Of a DNA stretch of 23,370 nucleotides, positions 12,001-23,370 are shown piece after piece; the stretch's first letter is position 1; every line of letters starts with the position of its first letter. Under the pieces are notes generated by a model that saw only the letters and a list, made by a program, of their open reading frames with translations, ran no database searches and was not told the origin of the DNA. Source of the stretch: Catajapyx aquilonaris. Taxonomy: Eukaryota. The stretch spans positions 62,001 through 85,370 of the forward strand of contig JYFJ02001276.1 in the NCBI GenBank assembly GCA_000934665.2, read 5' to 3'. The translations under genes and the position numbers were made by a program.

Positions 12001-12698
12001 TTAATGTATTCCTCTTGCCAGGTATTAGACTTCTATTTCATATTGCTGTATAAGAGCAGTTATAAGGATTTGTTTATATTAAATATCTTCTGCAATGTAA
12101 AACCCAATAAGTGGCATTATCGCCATTTTATGCACACAAAAAAATCACTTCAAACTCCAGTGCAGTCACCTAATCCTATATTAGACAAGTTACATTCATT
12201 AAGCTTCCTGCTGTACATTTCATACATCACCCGTCCATCCATTACTGCACATCCCAAACTCAATCCCAAACCTAAAATTGTAATAAGAAGCCCAGGTATA
12301 CTTACAACTCCTCCTTTTTCCAAAAACCCACCAAGGTGATCAGCAGATGAAAATGGTGGGTAATCTAGGAAGAGCTTCTCCTTGACTGTTTGAGAATCTG
12401 TCTCTACATCTTCATCAATTGATATCAAATCACCCGAAACACCAAGTAAAGCAATATCAACAAGCCTTTGGGTTGTCACAAGACACCTTTTAGTCTGGCA
12501 CCTCTTGGCATAACGGGTATCTTCAGTGCCTTCTTCAGTATCATGACCAGTGTCTTCGGCTTTGGCTGTGGGACATATAGATCCAGTGATGCCCTCAGAG
12601 AAGTAGGACCTCAGGTGATCCCTTCCAAGAGGGATGTCCATATGCCCTTTGTCAGTCTTCAATTTGGCAGGGGTGTAATCCTTAACCCCGTGTGGCAT
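1..12698 (-). CDS. DNAH1: Axonemal dynein heavy chain 1-like (inner-arm), 5' portion; spliced CDS join(12698..12306,11840..11449,8879..8433,7956..7518,7207..6839,5888..5673,4838..4578,3693..2924,1161..345,56..1), continues off the left edge
   Basis: Exons join in consistent phase at GT(GC)/AG sites. Peptides resemble the DNAH1 tail and DHC_N2 region as recalled: LPLEMFDDKDFDSRTPEEW, DAEDPRLHVARL, DTLRSLV...YSTPPEAF, LRNPGMRQRHW, WLYLEAIFSSPDIAQQLP, CNQLLVQVEKGL. Confidence 0.88.
345..1161 (-). CDS. DNAH1: Dynein heavy chain exon, DHC_N2 (linker) region
   Basis: gacag acceptor and GTATTG donor. Contains LRNPGMRQRHW, AGKEYAIEQTLDKM and QRSWLYLEAIFSS. Confidence 0.93.
1348..2331. mobile_element. 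TA-flanked non-autonomous DNA transposon (ITm/pogo-like MITE)
   Basis: Ends TAGGGTAAATCGGGCAAGTGC and GCACTTGCCCTGCTTTACCCTA form an imperfect inverted repeat. The motif (G)CACTTGCCC(C) recurs at 1552, 1940, 2293 and 2310, and inverted at 1569 and 1967. Confidence 0.7.
2924..3693 (-). CDS. DNAH1: Dynein heavy chain exon (DFKLAD...MEPYR)
   Basis: tgcag acceptor and GTTAGC donor. Contains GPFYVS, WQMVGWP and LNERQLLFGLP. Confidence 0.9.
3724..3990 (-). pseudogene. Possible decayed hAT transposase C-terminal (dimerization) fragment in a dynein intron
   Basis: The ORF contains FFW...APFFCIPTRPTRSSYEQLFS, resembling the hAT motif W...LAxKYLCIPATSxxSERLFS. Confidence 0.4.
4578..4838 (-). CDS. DNAH1: Dynein heavy chain exon (DAVILAMD...VTYIA)
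   Basis: aag acceptor after a T-tract, GTAAGA donor, 87 codons, IPDVEPLLMQNL. Confidence 0.85.
5113..5387 (+). mobile_element. Tigger/pogo-family (Tigger3/MER2-like) remnant
   Basis: Contains TCCACAGATTCAACCAACCGC, AACTATTTAC and TATAAGTGATCTAGAGATGATTTAAAGTATACAGGAGGATATGC, in the same order as the Tigger3/MER2-type consensus I recall. Termini are decayed. Confidence 0.65.
5488..5646 (+). mobile_element. 5'-truncated non-LTR retroelement or SINE 3' end with a 34-bp target-site duplication
   Basis: AATAAATAAA at 5616-5625 and a (CAA)5 tail at 5632-5646. Flanked by exact copies of CATAGAAGGACCAAAAAGGAACATACTGGAAATG at 5454-5487 and 5647-5680. Confidence 0.75.
5673..5888 (-). CDS. DNAH1: Dynein heavy chain exon (DTLRSLV...YSTPPEAFP)
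   Basis: Manual translation gives DTLRSLVYLSTYQLVKGIEDLTRCTWDCPSDLVWSEDLHQTPFKPKGYPLFFIELKVDATSTQYSTPPEAFP. ccctcag acceptor, GTATGT donor. Confidence 0.88.
6839..7207 (-). CDS. DNAH1: Dynein heavy chain exon (VPEYNF...INFTMK), GC donor
   Basis: tctcag acceptor, 123 codons, SLLTQPEV and GWYNIHE motifs. Ends AAG|GCATGA. Confidence 0.87.
7518..7956 (-). CDS. DNAH1: Dynein heavy chain exon (DLWLVD...GKVK)
   Basis: ccccacag acceptor and GTGGGT donor. Contains WVARPYLIFDAEDPRLHVARL. Confidence 0.88.
8433..8879 (-). CDS. DNAH1: Dynein heavy chain exon (Ser-rich insert ending HSWANVAVKDYDPQT)
   Basis: Open frame, taacag acceptor, GTAAGT donor, phase 2/2 matching both neighbours. The 3' end W-x-x-V-x-V-x-DYD is DNAH1-like. 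Confidence 0.72.
8927..9634. mobile_element. Non-autonomous Tc1/mariner element (rosa/DD41D-like) with long inverted arms and a transposase C-terminal fragment
   Basis: TA on both flanks and a perfect 16-bp terminal repeat CAGGGTGGGGCAAAAG. ORF 9217-9528 has WPPRSPDVTTPDFFLWGYLKS...GGH. 8927-9232 is an inverted copy of 9350-9634. Confidence 0.9.
10090..10974. mobile_element. hAT-type non-autonomous element
   Basis: Imperfect TIRs (CAAAGAACGGATATCTAG versus the reverse complement of the right end, CAGAGAACGGATTTCTAT). Exact 8-bp TSD CTCATTAT at 10082-10089 and 10975-10982. Subterminal GGACCT/GCCTA repeats. Confidence 0.82.
10540..10783. mobile_element. MITE nested in the hAT element
   Basis: Perfect 27-bp inverted repeat CACAGGGGAAAAACGGGGAATGTCACA at 10544-10570 and 10752-10778. 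Flanked by the direct repeat CAACTG at 10534-10539 and 10784-10789. Confidence 0.82.
11449..11840 (-). CDS. DNAH1: Dynein heavy chain exon (VFQHETVKPKVQ...EQLVEK)
   Basis: cttcag acceptor and GTAAGG donor. PKVQ...ERRRRFYASLDLEEML...LPLEMFDD matches the DNAH1 N-terminus. Confidence 0.88.
12306..12698 (-). CDS. DNAH1: Dynein heavy chain coding exon 1 (MPHGVKD...EKGGV)
   Basis: ATG at 12698 has an in-frame TAA upstream. Acceptor cccacag at 12747-12746 and donor GTAAGT at 12305. Phase 0 join to the next exon. The N-terminus is divergent, so the start is less certain. Confidence 0.6.
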
Positions 12699-12905
12699 CT
12701 TTCAACTGTTGCACACCTGGTGACTTTTTGGTAATTAACTTGAGTCTGTGGGAATCAGAATGAAAAGTGAGCCCATTTCATTTAAAAACGTTCCCAGCCT
12801 CCAAGCAACAACTATCAACATCAATTTATTAAACAACAATACTATTGTTTTATATATTGTCATTCAGTGACAAAATTGACAAATACGTGCGCATACAGAG
12901 GCAGT

Positions 12906-13000
12906 AGGTTTTTTCGTCCCACTGCCAGCTACTGCTAAGTTAGCAGTACCAGTGTTGGCAAAGTAAGCAGTAACTAGCAGTTGGGACGAAAATTCCACCC
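12906..13000. mobile_element. Small MITE, copy 1
   Basis: Inverted arms TTTTCGTCCCACTGC and GCAGTTGGGACGAAAATTCCACCC. Homologous to 14497-14604. Confidence 0.68.
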
Positions 13001-13079
13001 AAATTGGTCTATACGTGCTGTAGGCTACTGTTACAGGTGTCACATACATCATCCGGTTGGTATTCACAAAAATCTGAAA

Positions 13080-13620
13080 TCACTCACAAGCAGGACTAGT
13101 CCCAGAGCCTCCCCCAAGCTCACTGGAACTTGGCGAAAACCTTGTCGAACTGCTATAAAAGCAAAATCTGCGAGAACATGCAGAAATTCGCACGAGTCGA
13201 AGCGCCGCCGTTCGAACCCGCGAAACGACACTATCGACTAAACTAAAAAGATCAACTGGTATCGTCAAAAAACATTATCCCTAGCTACGCCAATCAGTGA
13301 CCAGGATCTACCATTCGTGACCAATCACCGCGCAGGACCAGTATCCAGCGAGTTGCACGTGTAAACTCTGTGTGAAATATTGTCGGACACAAAATGGCGT
13401 CGTTTTTTTTTATTATAATATTTCGGTCGTGGTTCGTGACTGGATCTTGATGAAAATGGCTGCAATCGTGTGAGGGGAAAATTCCGGAGTTAACTGGCCG
13501 ATGGAAAAGTGGCGTAGGTAGTCGAACAGCGGTGGAGCCTAGAGGGGGCGGAGGGGAAAGGAAATGACGCCCACACTTGGCTTATCTCACACGTAGTAGC
13601 AAGCAGCGGCAGAGAGGCTG
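13080..13620. promoter_or_regulatory. Putative bidirectional CpG-rich promoter and first non-coding exons
   Basis: Lies between the divergent genes and is locally CpG-rich. CCAAT at 13290 and 13321, CACGTG at 13356, YY1/Pho-like AAAATGGC at 13391 and 13453, GC box GGGGGCGGAG at 13544. A minus-strand donor GTGAGT at 13087 could end a dynein 5'UTR exon. Confidence 0.6.
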
Positions 13621-14496
13621 GGAGGATGTTTTGTATACAGTATATTATCTCTGAATAACCCTGTGATATTATAATCCTAGGATAATAAGCCTTTTAGAGG
13701 TATGCCGAAAAAAAGTAATAAATTGTAATCACACGCACTTGACGTCAACCGAGCTGTGTAATACATTGAATTAATGCGGCTCGCAACTGACTGAAGAGAG
13801 CACATCCTGCGTTTTGGGTAAGTTGTTCGTAGTCATTCTGTTGAAGCAAGGCTGGACCTAATGGGAGCTTATGTACGCAGGTTAGTTGCAGTGTGGGACA
13901 TTTGTTTGTCAGGTAATGCATAATAGCCACAGTTACTGGAGCTGATCGTGAATTACTTTACATCAGAGCAGCTAGTGAATTTTTAGGAATGTTTTAGCTC
14001 GTACTTACCATATTAATTTGCATAATCTGGTCCCTAACATTGTTGTCCAGGTTATTATTTTTCTGGCTGCAAGGACAGTAAAGAGGGTGTTTTTGCAGAA
14101 ATTATTAAAACAACCAAAGTATGCTCCATTTATTGTCCTGAGTTCACCCTTAAGACTCGTGTGAACCATTCATGTCAGTCTTTAGTGGAGTTCAATGCGC
14201 TTTCGTTCACCAATAATATCAATGGTCCATTGCCATTGTGATTGATTAATGGACAGTTTCAAACTGTGCACAAGGACAGATTAGGAACAACTGTGACATT
14301 GAAGGCGGATGCCCACCATCAATGTTATCTGAGGTGTGCAAGGAAATTATTTTTTAACGTCGCATATCCTTGTAGGCAAGATGATGAAATGATGCTGCAC
14401 AAAATGTTTCTGTGATTAAGTTTGCATACACAGTTAGCAAACTAAGTTGTAAACCAAGCCCAGGATACTTGGCAGTCTGCAGACATTTTAATAATT

Positions 14497-14604
14497 GGGT
14501 GGAATTTCCATCCCACTGCAAGTTTGCTAACTTGGCAGTACCTGTGTTGTAAATGGTACAGTTAAGGTAGCAGTAACTATTTCAGTGGGACGAAAATTCG
14601 ACCC
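14497..14604. mobile_element. Small MITE, copy 2 (GGG...CCC termini)
   Basis: Inverted ends GGGTGGAATTTCCATCCCACTG and CAGTGGGACGAAAATTCGACCC. Internal GCAGTACC and AGCAGTAACTA are shared with copy 1. Confidence 0.72.
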
Positions 14605-15315
14605 AGTGAATGTAAATTAATTAGATGTTCAGGTGCACCTGTAACCTCCTTGATGTCAGGTGATGTTTAATTACCATGTGCCCTTGTAATGAAGTGTCAC
14701 ACTTGCATGATTAAGTAAGTATGCCACCAACTGTGAATGCCATTCTTACCTACAGAAACGTAACGTTGCACTCTGCCAAAACATGTGTGCTACAGATACT
14801 GCTTTTAGCGAGGCTTTTAGCATACTCATTCATTCATGCACATTCAGCTCCATGGCAAGCAATACTATGGCAAGAAATTTTATTCCCCCTGGTATGAATA
14901 TGAGATTCACCTACTTTCACTTTCCCTAGTACGTTTTTAATGTGGGCAAAGGCGCTTTCGTATGGTTTGGTTTTATAAGGAGAGGGTTTCATTTCATCTC
15001 GGTGTACACCTGATCATATGGAATATGTATACCCACACTACATTACTTAACACTTCTAGTACGCCAAGTGACAACTGGCACAAAATGGAAGTGTTTGTTA
15101 CTAGATGGTTTAAAAAACAGTGGGTTTTACCACGTTCAACATGTCTACTTTCTTTTTTTTACATATTGTGTGGAATCTTCCAATTTGCATTAAAACAAAA
15201 TTACAAATAATAAATATTTTCCTTGATGTGCAGTGCACATTATTTTATTATGGTTTATGCGTTGGTTTTCTGCACTGCTCTATATACGAGGTGATTTATA
15301 TTTCAGGCATACAAA

Positions 15316-22845
<7,530 letters not shown>

Positions 22846-22951
22846 TGAGTAAAATATGAAGAATGCAGTTGGTAATGGTTATAAAATTACTTTTATGAAG
22901 AAATGTGCCTGTTAACTTGTAGAAAACGAAGTCGTGCCTGAGACTGCTATA

Positions 22952-23370
22952 CAGGGTGGTCGGTAAATGGCGGACAAGCTTCAGGTAGCGAGAATCCTTG
23001 TGAAAAATCAGTATATGGAAGTGAAGGTCATATTGCTCTACGTGGCCTGGTTAGGGCTCACGAGGTCCCCAAAGTTTGGGCCAAATCATGACGTCATATC
23101 CGCCCGCGAAATTCAAACACTACCGTATCGCTACCGTACACGGCGTGTTGCTAGGCGGTGCCATGTTGACATCCCCCACATGTTCACCAAACAATGGAAC
23201 CGTATAAACTCGCCGGGACGTTGCCAGGAACTCGGCGACGACGGTATATGGCAATGCCTGGCAACGTCCCGGTGAGTTTATACGGTTCCATTGTTTGGTG
23301 AACATGTGGGGGATGTCAACATGGCACCGCCTAGCAACACGCCGCGTACGGTAGCGATACGGTAGTGTTT
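22952..23370. mobile_element. Young fold-back Tc1/mariner-type MITE, truncated by the window edge
   Basis: Begins TA|CAGGGTG and is CpG-rich. 114-bp inverted arms at 23115-23228 and 23257-23370 with two mismatches and a 28-nt spacer. Confidence 0.8.

Noticed and set aside
11474..12339. 152-aa and 118-aa plus-strand ORFs antisense to dynein exons
   Set aside because: Shadow frames of real exons or AT-rich intron, with no motif or splice support.
13275..13288. RFX X-box-like site (GTAGCTAGGGATAA, minus strand) upstream of the dynein gene
   Set aside because: It deviates from consensus at key positions in both halves and cannot be supported without conservation data.
22967..23305. Opposite-strand ORFs sharing MFTKQWNRINSPGRCQ
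   Set aside because: This is a by-product of the inverted repeat. No recognisable protein.

Overview
Eukaryotic genomic DNA, most likely arthropod/insect (inferred from the proteins and short introns). It holds two intron-rich genes arranged head-to-head around a CpG-rich shared promoter at about 13080-13620. Minus strand: the 5' part of an axonemal inner-arm dynein heavy chain of the DNAH1 type (10 coding exons, about 1386 codons, 12698 down to 1, continuing beyond the window). Plus strand: a class II phosphoinositide 3-kinase, Pi3K68D/PIK3C2A-like (15 coding exons, about 1337 codons, 15316-22844, C-terminus beyond the window). All exon phases join without a frameshift. The introns carry many non-autonomous transposons: a palindromic Tc1/mariner (rosa/DD41D-like) derivative, a hAT MITE with an 8-bp TSD holding a nested MITE, a TA-flanked MITE with repeated GCACTTGCCCC motifs, a Tigger-like remnant, a truncated non-LTR retroelement whose 34-bp TSD duplicates a splice donor, two copies of a small MITE on either side of the promoter, and a young fold-back element at the right edge. 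I see no clear wholly new biological system. The best leads are the Tigger3/MER2-like remnant (possible horizontal transfer), the hairpin-forming transposons, the duplicated splice donor, a GC-AG intron and a large lineage-specific dynein insertion. Homology statements come from recalled family sequences, not from searches.
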